Positions 43,412 to 52,203 of a DNA stretch of 64,000 bases are shown here, piece by piece. The position numbers and the translations under genes were made by a program. The notes beneath the pieces are model-generated. The model did not search any database, was not told the origin of the DNA, and was given only the letters and a program-made list of their open reading frames with translations. Position 1 is the first letter of the stretch; each line of letters starts with the position of its first letter. The DNA is from a virus (Duplodnaviria > Caudoviricetes): positions 1-64,000 of the IMG/VR virus record IMGVR_UViG_3300022309_000005; one strand, written 5' to 3'.

Positions 43412-44070
43412 TGGCGGAACGCCCGAAGCCGGTTGACTGCCGGGAGTGCGTCCATGTCCGTAACGTCGTGGACGGGGTGTCCACTGAGTGCGCCACGGCC
43501 GGGGCCGGTTATCCGCCGCTCAGGTGGGCCGAGTCTACGTCCGGCAAGTGCGTCTCCTTCGAGCCCAAGCCCGCCCCCGCATCCCCGCCAGCGAGCGCGG
43601 ACCGGGAGGGGGCGCCCGCTATCGCCCCTACGGCCGAGAACATCCGAAAGCTCGTGATCAACGTCGAGACGTTGAATCGCGGTTACATCGAGATGCGCCA
43701 ATGCGCCAAGGACCTATGCGGATCGCTTCAGTGTCTATTCGAGGCGACCATGGCCCTTGCGCCCTACCCTCCTGAGATCGCGGAAGGTGTGCTCGCCGTT
43801 GTCGGCGTCGCCCGATCCACGCTTGAAGAGGCGAGGCGACAGGATCCAGCGCTCTTCAAGGAGGCCCGGAGGGCGCGGCCGGCCGGCGACCCGAGGGACG
43901 CGCTCCTGCGGCGGTGCGCGACGGACTTCGCGCGGGTGCGCGATTGCGAGCCCGACCTGGACGCCCACTTGGACATGCGCAGGATCGCCAGCGGCGCGCT
44001 CGAGGCCCTCCGCGTCGCCGGAGTGGAGCCGGCCCCCGAGGCGGCGCAGGAAGGGAAGGCGAGCCGATGA
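43411..44070 (+). CDS. Modular Cys-rich protein
   Basis: Partial homologue of 7528..8157. Confidence 0.65.
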   Translation: MAERPKPVDCRECVHVRNVVDGVSTECATAGAGYPPLRWAESTSGKCVSFEPKPAPASPPASADREGAPAIAPTAENIRKLVINVETLNRGYIEMRQCAKDLCGSLQCLFEATMALAPYPPEIAEGVLAVVGVARSTLEEARRQDPALFKEARRARPAGDPRDALLRRCATDFARVRDCEPDLDAHLDMRRIASGALEALRVAGVEPAPEAAQEGKASR

Positions 44071-44381
44071 CGCCCCCGCCGGACTGGCTGGAGGCGGCGC
44101 GGCCCATCCTGGAGTCGATCGGATGGAGGGGCTACGGAGAGCTGTCGGATCACTTCTACTGCGAATTCTGCGGGGCCTCCTCGCTCGCGTCCGATGAAGT
44201 CCCGCACGCCGAGGACTGCGCGGTCCTGGCCTTCCGCCGCGCCATCGCCCACGAGGAGGGGCTTCGGGCCAACGCGCGGATCCGGACGGATCCGCTCCTG
44301 CCAGTGGCGCGGACGCACGACGTGCATGGGGTGAGGCGGACGGGGTGCGTGGCGGAGCAGGAAGACGAATTGGAGGAGTGA
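44067..44381 (+). CDS. Hypothetical protein
   Basis: Ends homologous to 8650..8898; contains CEFC. Confidence 0.6.
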   Translation: MTPPPDWLEAARPILESIGWRGYGELSDHFYCEFCGASSLASDEVPHAEDCAVLAFRRAIAHEEGLRANARIRTDPLLPVARTHDVHGVRRTGCVAEQEDELEE

Positions 44382-44383
44382 CG

Positions 44384-44989
44384 ATGGCGACGATGAAGGT
44401 TGAGAAGGGCGAGTTGCGGATCGACGTGGAGGAGCTGATCAACTCGCTTCCGCCCGAGGAGAAGGCGAAGATCGCGAAGCTGATCGGCGCCGACATCCAC
44501 GCATGGGCGCAGATGGCCGAGGCCATCGCGGATCCGGCCGGCTTCTTCAACGCAGACGAGTGCTGGTGGCACGGAAGCGACGCCATGCTCGAGGTGCGCG
44601 CGAAGCTGCTGCCGCTCGCGCCAGAAAACGCGCGCCGCGTCGCCGAGAAGTTGCAGCAGCAGCTCGACCAGGAGAAGGCGGACACGCGCCGCCATTCTAA
44701 TTGGGCCTGGGCGATGTACCACGCGCGCTCGGGCTTCGACGGCGCTCGCTGGCCGGAACTCCCGGACTGGGCGCCGGCCGCCCGCGACGAGATGCGGGTG
44801 CGGGACGCGGCGCCGGGCATGAAGGCGGCGCTCGCGAAGCTGGAGGCGCGCATCCTTGAGGCCAGCAAGAGCACGCCCTGGAGCGGGGACGTGTCCACTA
44901 CGCTGGATCGCGTGGAGTCGCTCGCCGTCGAGACGAGCATCTTGCGCGAGTGCGTGGCCGCCCTTCGTGCCGCCAACGGGGAGGGCTGA
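44384..44989 (+). CDS. Hypothetical protein
   Basis: GGAGGAG SD; 201 aa. Confidence 0.6.
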   Translation: MATMKVEKGELRIDVEELINSLPPEEKAKIAKLIGADIHAWAQMAEAIADPAGFFNADECWWHGSDAMLEVRAKLLPLAPENARRVAEKLQQQLDQEKADTRRHSNWAWAMYHARSGFDGARWPELPDWAPAARDEMRVRDAAPGMKAALAKLEARILEASKSTPWSGDVSTTLDRVESLAVETSILRECVAALRAANGEG

Positions 44990-44990
44990 C

Positions 44991-45287
44991 GTGGACGCCG
45001 ACATCCGAGATCTGCTGTCCGCCGTGAAGCCGCTCCAGGACCGCGCCTTTGCGGCCTGGTCCGTCGAGAGGGCGCAGGGTCCGCGCCGGGTCGCCCTGGC
45101 CAAGCTGCACGACCTGTTGAGCCGCGCGTACCGCGAGACGCTCCAAGACCTGGGCGCCGAGTGCGGACGGTGCCAGCAGTGGGCCTCGCGGGGAGCCGCG
45201 CCGGGCAGGATCGGGACGTGCGCGCGGACGCAGCAGGCACGCCACGACTACACGCTGGGATGTCTGGAGTTCGAGGAGGCGAAGTAA
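44991..45287 (+). CDS. Hypothetical protein with Cys motif
   Basis: CGRCQQW...GTC...GCLEF. Confidence 0.5.
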   Translation: MDADIRDLLSAVKPLQDRAFAAWSVERAQGPRRVALAKLHDLLSRAYRETLQDLGAECGRCQQWASRGAAPGRIGTCARTQQARHDYTLGCLEFEEAK

Positions 45288-45574
45288 TGGAACGGACGCT
45301 TGACGAAGCGGTTGCGGCATTCGATGACGACGCGCTCCTGAAGATGATGGTCGCACAGGTCGCCCGGACGTTCCCCAAGTTTGACGGGGCGCCGGAGCCC
45401 GTGAAGCGGGCGCGGGACAGGTTCGTTGCGCTCGCGTCTGCCGCTCCGGTGATGCGCGAGGCGCTGGTCTACATCCTGAGCGAGCACGCGGCTCAGTTCG
45501 GCAAGTGCGGTTGCGGCATCTGCACCAGGGCCTCCGAGGTCCTCCGCGCGGCCGATGGGCAGGGCGAGCGATGA
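45287..45574 (+). CDS. Hypothetical protein
   Basis: TAATG coupling; CGCGIC. Confidence 0.55.
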   Translation: MERTLDEAVAAFDDDALLKMMVAQVARTFPKFDGAPEPVKRARDRFVALASAAPVMREALVYILSEHAAQFGKCGCGICTRASEVLRAADGQGER

Positions 45575-46032
45575 AGGAGCCGATCCAGGGGCTGTGGGAG
45601 GTCTACCTGACGGAGTACCCGGACGAGGGCTCCGCGCTCATCGAGGCGCCTGACGCCACGGAGGCGATCCGCATCGCGCGGCACACGGACCCCGAAGCGT
45701 GCGGCGGGCCATGGGAGGGCGAGCCGGCCGACGCCCTGACCGCCGAGGCGATGACGCCGGCGGCGATGGCGACGCGGATCGCCAACGGAGAGGCGGACGC
45801 ATCCGGCACCATCGAGGGGCAGTGGCTCGCCACCGTCGCGTGCGGGCAGGCGATGGAGATCGAGCGGCTGCGCGGGATGCTCCGGCGCGCGGCGAGGCTA
45901 GCCAAGCACACGAACGCGGCGCTGGGCGCGCACGGCCCCTGCCGCAACAACAGTTGCAGTGAATGCGGCCTGACGTTCGACGAGGCCGGCGCGCTGCTTC
46001 GCGATCTTCGAATGGAGGGCCTGGACCGATGA
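45571..46032 (+). CDS. Hypothetical protein
   Basis: Homologue of 9712..10197 with a different C-terminus. Confidence 0.65.
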   Translation: MKEPIQGLWEVYLTEYPDEGSALIEAPDATEAIRIARHTDPEACGGPWEGEPADALTAEAMTPAAMATRIANGEADASGTIEGQWLATVACGQAMEIERLRGMLRRAARLAKHTNAALGAHGPCRNNSCSECGLTFDEAGALLRDLRMEGLDR

Positions 46033-46763
46033 CGACGCCGAAGCCGGAGAGGATGACGGACGCGGCGGTGGACGAGGATGTAATGTTCCTTGGCCGACTG
46101 CTTCCAGAGGTGGCATGCCAGGCGCTGGCGCGGATTTCGTGCGAGCTGCGCTGTGCCCGAGACGGCGAGGCGAAGGCCATTCGCGGCATGGCGGAAGCGC
46201 TGGCCGAGCGCAACTCCGCCCGCTCCGGGGAGGAGCAGGCCGGGCGGGAGCGCGACGGCTACCGGGAGGCGGCGCGACGGCTGCGCGTGCTGGCCCGCAA
46301 CGAGATGGCGATGGGGGCCATTCTGGAAGAGCGGGCCGGGAAGGCGGAGGCTGAGCGGGACGAGTCGCGGACGGCGCTCGACGAGATGCGCGCGAAGTCG
46401 TGCCAGCTTTACGAGCGGCTGGAGAAGCAGAGCGCGGAGTTGACGCGCGTTCAGGGCGCCGAGGCGTGGGAGAGAGACCGGGCCGAGACGGCGGAGCGGG
46501 AGCGGCACGAAGCGCGCAGGGAGCGCGACGCGGCGCAGGTCGTGGCAAAGGAAGCCGGGCGCCAGCTCGGCGAGGTGGGCGCGGCGAAACTCGAGGCGGA
46601 GTGCGAGCGGGACCTGGCGCGCGCCGAGGTGGAGCGGCTCAAGGCGATGCTCGACGAGGTGCGGTGCCAGCGGGACGGGGCGCTGGAGCACGTCGCGAAG
46701 TTGGAGGCGCAGATCGACCGGATGCGCTGCCGCATCCGGGAGCTGGAGGAACATCATGGGTGA
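46029..46763 (+). CDS. Coiled-coil hypothetical protein
   Basis: Shares ARSGEEQAGR and the C-terminus with 10194..10973. Confidence 0.65.
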   Translation: MTTPKPERMTDAAVDEDVMFLGRLLPEVACQALARISCELRCARDGEAKAIRGMAEALAERNSARSGEEQAGRERDGYREAARRLRVLARNEMAMGAILEERAGKAEAERDESRTALDEMRAKSCQLYERLEKQSAELTRVQGAEAWERDRAETAERERHEARRERDAAQVVAKEAGRQLGEVGAAKLEAECERDLARAEVERLKAMLDEVRCQRDGALEHVAKLEAQIDRMRCRIRELEEHHG

Positions 46764-47106
46764 GCAGGCGAGAAGGATGCCGCGGGAAGAGTTCCTGCGC
46801 AGGATGCTGGTGCTCGTCGAGCAGTTGTCGGACGTGCATGCAACCGGCCGCAGCGTCGAGGGGATCGGCAAGCCGCTGAGGGACGAAGCCGAGGCCCTGG
46901 TCGGGTACAAGGCGCATCACCTCATCGAGATGCTGGAGGTCCCGCCCCGTATCTGCGCCAGGTGCGGAAGCCTGCACCACGGCTGGCAGGCGGTGTGCGG
47001 ACGCTGCCAGGAGGAGGGGGCCGAGGCCAAGAAGAGGGCCGAGTTGCGAGCCGAGATCGAAGCCGAGGTCCGCGCCGAACTGGCGCAGAAGGGCGGCGCG
47101 CAGTGA
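46756..47106 (+). CDS. Hypothetical protein with CxxC...CxxC
   Basis: Homologue of 10966..11319. Confidence 0.6.
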   Translation: MGEQARRMPREEFLRRMLVLVEQLSDVHATGRSVEGIGKPLRDEAEALVGYKAHHLIEMLEVPPRICARCGSLHHGWQAVCGRCQEEGAEAKKRAELRAEIEAEVRAELAQKGGAQ

Positions 47107-47999
47107 GCGAGCGAGGACAGAAGAAGGGCGCCGGGCTGGTCTTCGGCCTCTCGCGCGAGGGCTACGACGGCGATCCGGCGGACCACTGGAGCACGATCAA
47201 GACGATGGACCGGAGCCCGGCCCACTACCTCGCCGCGGAGGCTCAGGGGACGCCGGACACGGACGCCCGGAAGGTCGGGCGGGCCGTCCACCTTGCGGTC
47301 CTGGAGCCGGAGCGGTACGGGGGCGAGGTCGCGGTCTGGTCCGGGAAGGTGCGCAACGGCCGCGCCTGGGAGGAGTTCCAGGCCGCCAACGCCGGCAAGG
47401 AGATCTTGACCCAGCGCGAGGCCGCCCACGTCTCGGCGATCCAGCGAGCGGTCCGGGGCTCCCTGATGGCGCGACCCTACATCGCCGGCGGGCGAGCCGA
47501 GGTGTCCATGTTCTGGGGCTACCACGAGCTCGACCCGGCGACGTGGCTCCCCGGGTGGGCGCCCATCCGCCTCAAGGGCCGGGTCGACTACGTGACCGAC
47601 GAGGTGCTCGTGGACCTGAAGACGACCCGGGACGCGAGCCCGGCCGGCTTCGGGCGCGAGGCCCTGCGCTACGGCTACCACGTCCAGGCGGCCCTCTACG
47701 CGGACGGCTACGAGGCCGCGACCGGGACGCGCCTCCCGTTCGTGCTCGTGGCGGTGGAGAGCGCCCCTCCGCACGTGGTCCAGGTGTACGGGGTGCCGGA
47801 CCACTACCTCGAGGCCGGCCGGGACGCCTACCGGGCGATGATCCGGCGGCTGGCGATGTGCCGGGCGGCGAACCAGTGGCCGGGGTACTGCGAGGTGCCC
47901 ATGGAGCTGGAGCTGCCGAAGTGGAGCGGCCTGGACGATGACGAGGAGGACATCTCTGATCTTGATCTCGGCTTCCAGGAGGAGGGCGGCGATGCCTAG
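47103..47999 (+). CDS. PD-(D/E)XK exonuclease (RecE/ExoVIII-like)
   Basis: LKGRVDY...LVDLKTT...YGYHVQAALY...FVLVAVES. Confidence 0.85.
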   Translation: MSERGQKKGAGLVFGLSREGYDGDPADHWSTIKTMDRSPAHYLAAEAQGTPDTDARKVGRAVHLAVLEPERYGGEVAVWSGKVRNGRAWEEFQAANAGKEILTQREAAHVSAIQRAVRGSLMARPYIAGGRAEVSMFWGYHELDPATWLPGWAPIRLKGRVDYVTDEVLVDLKTTRDASPAGFGREALRYGYHVQAALYADGYEAATGTRLPFVLVAVESAPPHVVQVYGVPDHYLEAGRDAYRAMIRRLAMCRAANQWPGYCEVPMELELPKWSGLDDDEEDISDLDLGFQEEGGDA

Positions 48000-48582
48000 G
48001 GGAATGGACTTCGACGAGCTGTTCGCCAACGACAAGTTCCTGAAGGCCGGCGAGTTCCAGGGCAAGGATGTGACGCTTACGATCTCGGGCGTGCGCCGGG
48101 AGACGTTCGAGACCGAGGACGAGAACGGCAAGAAGGGCAAGATCGAGAAGAAGGCGATCCTCTCGTTCGCCCCGACCGCCGCCGGCAGGCCACCGCCGAA
48201 AGATATCGTCTGCAACAAGACGAACGGCTTCTGTCTCAAGGCGATGTTTGGGCGCGACACCGGGGCCTGGATCGGCAAGCGCGTTACCCTCTACCCCACG
48301 CTGGTCAAGGCGTTCGGCGCGCAGGAACTAGCGATCCGGGTGCGAGGCTCGCCCGACATCGCGCAGACCTTCACCTTCAAGCTGAAGTTGCCCCGCAAGA
48401 AGGACATCCCAACGACCATGACGAAGACGGAACCGAAGGCGAAACAGAACGCCGCCCCAGCGCCCGCACCGGCCCCCATCCCAGCCCCCCAGCCCGACAC
48501 CCGCTCCCCCGCCGACTTCGCGCCCGAGTCCGAGCCTCCCCCTCCCGGGGACGAGCGCGCGCCGGGAGGAGGTGCGCAGTGA
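47992..48582 (+). CDS. Putative ssDNA-binding / annealing partner
   Basis: KFLKAGEF.GKDVTLTI...NKTN...FGRDT.AWIGKRVTLY; follows the exonuclease. Confidence 0.5.
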   Translation: MPRGMDFDELFANDKFLKAGEFQGKDVTLTISGVRRETFETEDENGKKGKIEKKAILSFAPTAAGRPPPKDIVCNKTNGFCLKAMFGRDTGAWIGKRVTLYPTLVKAFGAQELAIRVRGSPDIAQTFTFKLKLPRKKDIPTTMTKTEPKAKQNAAPAPAPAPIPAPQPDTRSPADFAPESEPPPPGDERAPGGGAQ

Positions 48583-48833
48583 ACCGCTACTTCGAGATCG
48601 AGACGGACGGCGGGATCCTGCGCATCCCACATCATGACGCGCCCGAGGTGCTGGCGAGGCACGCCACCGCCTTGATGCCGGCCTACTTCGTGACGTTCCT
48701 GGAGGAACTCGTCGAGCGCATGGACGACGGCCAACGGGGCGCGGTCGCGGAGCAGTTCGGGCGGCTCACGGAGCACAGGCAGGCCGAGATCCGGGCGATG
48801 TTCGAGGACCTGGCGCCGGGAGGTGGGCAGTGA
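48579..48833 (+). CDS. Hypothetical protein, copy B only
   Basis: GTGA-coupled. Confidence 0.55.
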   Translation: MNRYFEIETDGGILRIPHHDAPEVLARHATALMPAYFVTFLEELVERMDDGQRGAVAEQFGRLTEHRQAEIRAMFEDLAPGGGQ

Positions 48834-49099
48834 GCGCTCGCGAGTGGAAGCCCGACGAGAACGGCACGCTGCACGCCTGCACCTTCAACGCCAGGGGTCC
48901 AAACTGGATGGTCGCTGCGTGGATCGACGTCCGCGGCGAGTGGACCGCCAACGGACAGGAGGCCCCCGCGCGCTCGGGCGGCAGGACGTGGCGAGAGACC
49001 GGGATTCCGGACGAGGCCGAGGCGAAGACCCTTGCCGAGCGCTGGCTCGACGAGCGCGAGGCCGAGACGAAGACCACGACGGACGGAGGTGCAGCTTGA
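48830..49099 (+). CDS. Hypothetical protein, copy B only
   Basis: GTGA-coupled. Confidence 0.55.
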   Translation: MSAREWKPDENGTLHACTFNARGPNWMVAAWIDVRGEWTANGQEAPARSGGRTWRETGIPDEAEAKTLAERWLDEREAETKTTTDGGAA

Positions 49100-49362
49100 G
49101 CGGGTTGAGAGACAAGCCGGCGTATCCCGGCGAGCAAGAGATCCAGATCCAGGACGCTCCGAACATCCGGTATCCCGTGCCCGGGATGACGTACCGGGAG
49201 GCGGCGGCGCTCCACATCATGGCGGGATTCGCCACTGACCCGGGATGGAACGAGGCCCCCGCGACGAATCCAGCCATCCCGGCGGCCCTGGCCGTCGAGT
49301 GGGCGGACGCGCTGATCGCCGCGCTCGAAGCCCAGGACGCGACCACGCCGAAAGAGCAGTGA
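49096..49362 (+). CDS. Conserved small phage protein
   Basis: Homologue of 13302..13574. Confidence 0.6.
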   Translation: MSGLRDKPAYPGEQEIQIQDAPNIRYPVPGMTYREAAALHIMAGFATDPGWNEAPATNPAIPAALAVEWADALIAALEAQDATTPKEQ

Positions 49363-49388
49363 ACGCAGCACAGCCAAGGAACAGTACC

Positions 49389-49655
49389 ATGCCGAAGTTC
49401 AGGAAGAAGCCGGTCGTCATCGAGGCGGTCCAGTACAACGACGGGGAGCAGCCCGAAGAGTTGGCCGCGGACGCAGCAGCCGGCCGGGTGGACTACGGCG
49501 ACGACGGGCTGATGAGAATCGAGACGCTCGAAGGACGGATGATCGCGCAGCCCGGTGACTGGATCATCCGGGGCGTCAAGGGCGAGCTGTACCCGTGCAA
49601 GCCCGACATCTTCGCCGCGACGTACGAGCCGGCAGAGGAGGTCCCCACGCCTTGA
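49389..49655 (+). CDS. Conserved phage protein ('KFRKKPVVIEA...GDWIIRGVKGELYPCKPDIF' family)
   Basis: Family motif recognised; absent at this position in copy A. Confidence 0.7.
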   Translation: MPKFRKKPVVIEAVQYNDGEQPEELAADAAAGRVDYGDDGLMRIETLEGRMIAQPGDWIIRGVKGELYPCKPDIFAATYEPAEEVPTP

Positions 49656-49840
49656 CCTTGGGCCGCATGCCGCGGCTCCGCGCCCCTGGGCAGTATCCCC
49701 TGGCTGCCCGGTGGCGTGTCTTTCGCGCGGCCCGAGCGTCCCCCAGCGCTCGAGCCGAAGTCGTGCCCGCCAGGCCGGACCTGTCCCTTCTCCGCTCCTC
49801 GGGGCAGGCCGGCCGGCGGGGCGCCATCGGTGGAGGTTGA
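49652..49840 (+). CDS. Small TTG-start ORF
   Basis: N-terminal homologue of 13571..13783. Confidence 0.4.
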   Translation: MTLGRMPRLRAPGQYPLAARWRVFRAARASPSARAEVVPARPDLSLLRSSGQAGRRGAIGGG

Positions 49841-50320
49841 TGGGCGAGTGGTGGGCGTGGTAGGGTGCTGGCGTTTCCTCGCTGAGCGGCGCGCAGTAGG
49901 CGCGCGGGACGAGTTAATCCTCCCGCCGTCGCGCCGCTTGGGCTGACTGGCTGCGGCGAACAGCCAGACACGTCGGCCCCGGTCATCCCTCGCGGGACAG
50001 CCGGGGCCGAGTAGTCTGTGGGACATGGCGTCCCGGCCGGCCCCGTGGTAGGGTTCTGGCGCGATGTCGGGGTGAGCAGGCCCCGCGTGCCGAGGCCGCC
50101 TCCTACCCCCTCCGGAGGCGGCCTCACCTTTTGCGGTCCGGCCGGCGCGTGGTAGGGTGGCGTTTTCCGGGGAGGCTCCCGCCTACGGCGGGGCGTCGGT
50201 TGGGCTCGCGAGGGCGCCGATGCGACCGTCACGGCGCGGACCAGCAGCATCCGCCCGCGTCGTGCAGTGCCACGTGGGCGGGAGCGCTCCCCATCTTGCG
50301 GTCCAGCCGGTCCCATCGAG
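49837..50320 (+). ncRNA. Putative array of three promoter-plus-structured-RNA cassettes
   Basis: cgtggtagggt at 49856, 50044 and 50148, each followed by strong stems. Confidence 0.45.
50092..50132 (+). terminator. Intrinsic terminator-like hairpin
   Basis: gaggccgcctcc / ggaggcggcctc 12-bp stem followed by acctttt. Confidence 0.6.
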
Positions 50321-50452
50321 CACCTCTGCCCGGGCTGTACGACCCCGGGGAGGATCCCCGGGCCAGCGTCCAGGGGTAGCGGATCAGCCGGTGGCGAGGA
50401 CGGCGGCCCGGGGTCGAGAGGCTCCGGGCCGTGGTGTCTGCCCCGGCGCGTC

Positions 50453-51025
50453 CTACCGCTCCCAGGACAGCGACAGCCCCACGGCGGGCGCCAGGGGCCG
50501 CGCGACGGGCACCAGGGCGAACACCCCGAGGCTCAGGGGCCCCAGGACGCGCCGCTCAACGTGCGCCCCCGCGGCGAGCGCCTGGATGGGCTGCGCCAGC
50601 GACAGCGCCCCCAGGTCCGCCCCGACGAGTACCCCGGCCCGCCAGTCCGGGCGGACGGTGACGATGCGCTCGACGGTCCGGACGGCCTCCACCTGGGCCT
50701 TGGCCTCGCTCTCCACCTTTCGCTCGACGGTCACAGGCTCGCGCACCTCCTCCCGGACCGTCTCGACGAGCGGCCGGTCTGGGCAGGGAGAGCCCGGGGG
50801 CGCCGGGAGCTCGCGCGTCACCGTCCGGATGCGGACCGGCCCCTCGACGCGCTTCACCACCTCGCGGTCCTGGTACTCGATCCGCTCCTGGACATCCACG
50901 ATGACCCGCTCCTCGACGCGCACCGGGGCCGTCCACCGCCCGCCGACGAACGCCAGCGCGCCCACCGCCACCACCACGAGCGCGCACCGGCCGTGCGCCC
51001 GAGCGGACTCCAGGAGCCGGCCCAT
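50453..51025 (-). CDS. Putative spanin-like protein, copy B
   Basis: Homologue of 14138..14713. Confidence 0.5.
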   Translation of the reverse strand: MGRLLESARAHGRCALVVVAVGALAFVGGRWTAPVRVEERVIVDVQERIEYQDREVVKRVEGPVRIRTVTRELPAPPGSPCPDRPLVETVREEVREPVTVERKVESEAKAQVEAVRTVERIVTVRPDWRAGVLVGADLGALSLAQPIQALAAGAHVERRVLGPLSLGVFALVPVARPLAPAVGLSLSWER

Positions 51026-51568
51026 CTACTCCCCCTGCTCCGGCGGGGCGATGGGCTCGAAGTCGCGCGGCTCCGGGGACGGCGCGCCGAAGCCCACCTC
51101 GACCCGCCCGGGATCGTCGCCCAGGAAGAGCGCCCGCTCCAGCGCTCGTCGACGAACGAGCCCGCGCAGCTCCCGAAGCTCTCCGGTCCGGCGGTCCCTG
51201 GCCTTGGTCCACTTCAGGAACTCATCGGCCGCCGCCTGCGCGTTGCCGGCGCGGACGTGTGCGAGCAGCCTGGACTTGCGGAGGTTCTCCAGCCCGATGT
51301 TGTAGGCCAGGCTCACGAGCGCCCCGAACTGCTTGGGCGAGACGTGGGCGCCCTGGAGCGCAGCCTCGACGCCGGCCCCGAAGTCCGCGAGCCGCTCGAG
51401 GAGACGGTCGTACGCCTCGGCTTCGGTGATGCGCATGCCCTGGCGGACGTGCGGCCCGGTGTCCCCGTAGCCGATGGTCACCACGCCAGCCGGGCACAGG
51501 TACGCCTCGGCCTGGAAGGTCTCCTCTCTGCGGATCAGCGCGACGGCTTCCTGGCAAACGTCCATCAC
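51026..51568 (-). CDS. Endolysin, GH24 lysozyme, copy B
   Basis: Homologue of 14710..15249. Confidence 0.9.
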   Translation of the reverse strand: MMDVCQEAVALIRREETFQAEAYLCPAGVVTIGYGDTGPHVRQGMRITEAEAYDRLLERLADFGAGVEAALQGAHVSPKQFGALVSLAYNIGLENLRKSRLLAHVRAGNAQAAADEFLKWTKARDRRTGELRELRGLVRRRALERALFLGDDPGRVEVGFGAPSPEPRDFEPIAPPEQGE

Positions 51569-51831
51569 TGCACCTCGGGTGTTGCGCGTTGGTCATTCAG
51601 CTTGTGCAACCCGTCGAGCCACACGGTGAGCGGGCGCGCTCCGGCGCAGACGACGCACGCCAGCCGCTCGGGCTCTTCGGGCTCGCACTTGCCGTGTCTG
51701 GAACACAGGTAGGCGGTCACCGAGGCAAGCACCAACACGAAGCCGGCCTGTACCCTCGGCTTGCGCGCCACCCTGCCGGCCCACGAAACGAAGCCCGTCC
51801 TTTTCTTGCGCCGCTTCGTGGCCTCGACCAT
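51565..51831 (-). CDS. Lysis-cassette membrane protein
   Basis: Homologue of 15246..15512. Confidence 0.45.
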   Translation of the reverse strand: MVEATKRRKKRTGFVSWAGRVARKPRVQAGFVLVLASVTAYLCSRHGKCEPEEPERLACVVCAGARPLTVWLDGLHKLNDQRATPEVQ

Positions 51832-51834
51832 GCC

Positions 51835-52011
51835 CTACCGCCGATCCATGAGGGCCGCCGGGGCAATCGAGGGGCTGCTCGCGTGCTTGTGCGCAGCGAT
51901 TGCTCGGCTGCTCGTCTCGTAGAGCACCGCCGTTGCCAGTACGAACATGACCACGAACAGCGCGGCCAGCGCGACGCAACGAACACAGACGCCAAGGGCG
52001 GGTCGAATCAT
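51835..52011 (-). CDS. Small membrane protein
   Basis: Homologue of 15516..15692. Confidence 0.5.
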   Translation of the reverse strand: MIRPALGVCVRCVALAALFVVMFVLATAVLYETSSRAIAAHKHASSPSIAPAALMDRR

Positions 52012-52202
52012 CGCTTGCCGCTCGCGGTGCCCGTGGTCTGGATGTCTGGGCGCTTGGGGAAGATCGGCATACGCTTGTCTTTCTCCTCGCTCTGTTGTTC
52101 GGTGCAGTCCCTTGGGCCCTTGCACTGGACGGTCACGCACGCCAGGAGCGAGAGGGACAGCAGGAGGACGGACAGCGAAAGGGCCATGAGGACTTGTCGC
52201 AT
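52008..52202 (-). CDS. Putative lipoprotein
   Basis: LLA-C lipobox; homologue of 15689..15883. Confidence 0.55.
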   Translation of the reverse strand: MRQVLMALSLSVLLLSLSLLACVTVQCKGPRDCTEQQSEEKDKRMPIFPKRPDIQTTGTASGKR

Positions 52203-52203
52203 G

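Noticed and set aside
49837-50320. CRISPR array
   Set aside because: Repeats are short, degenerate and promoter-like, spacers are 100-190 nt and structured, and no cas genes are present.
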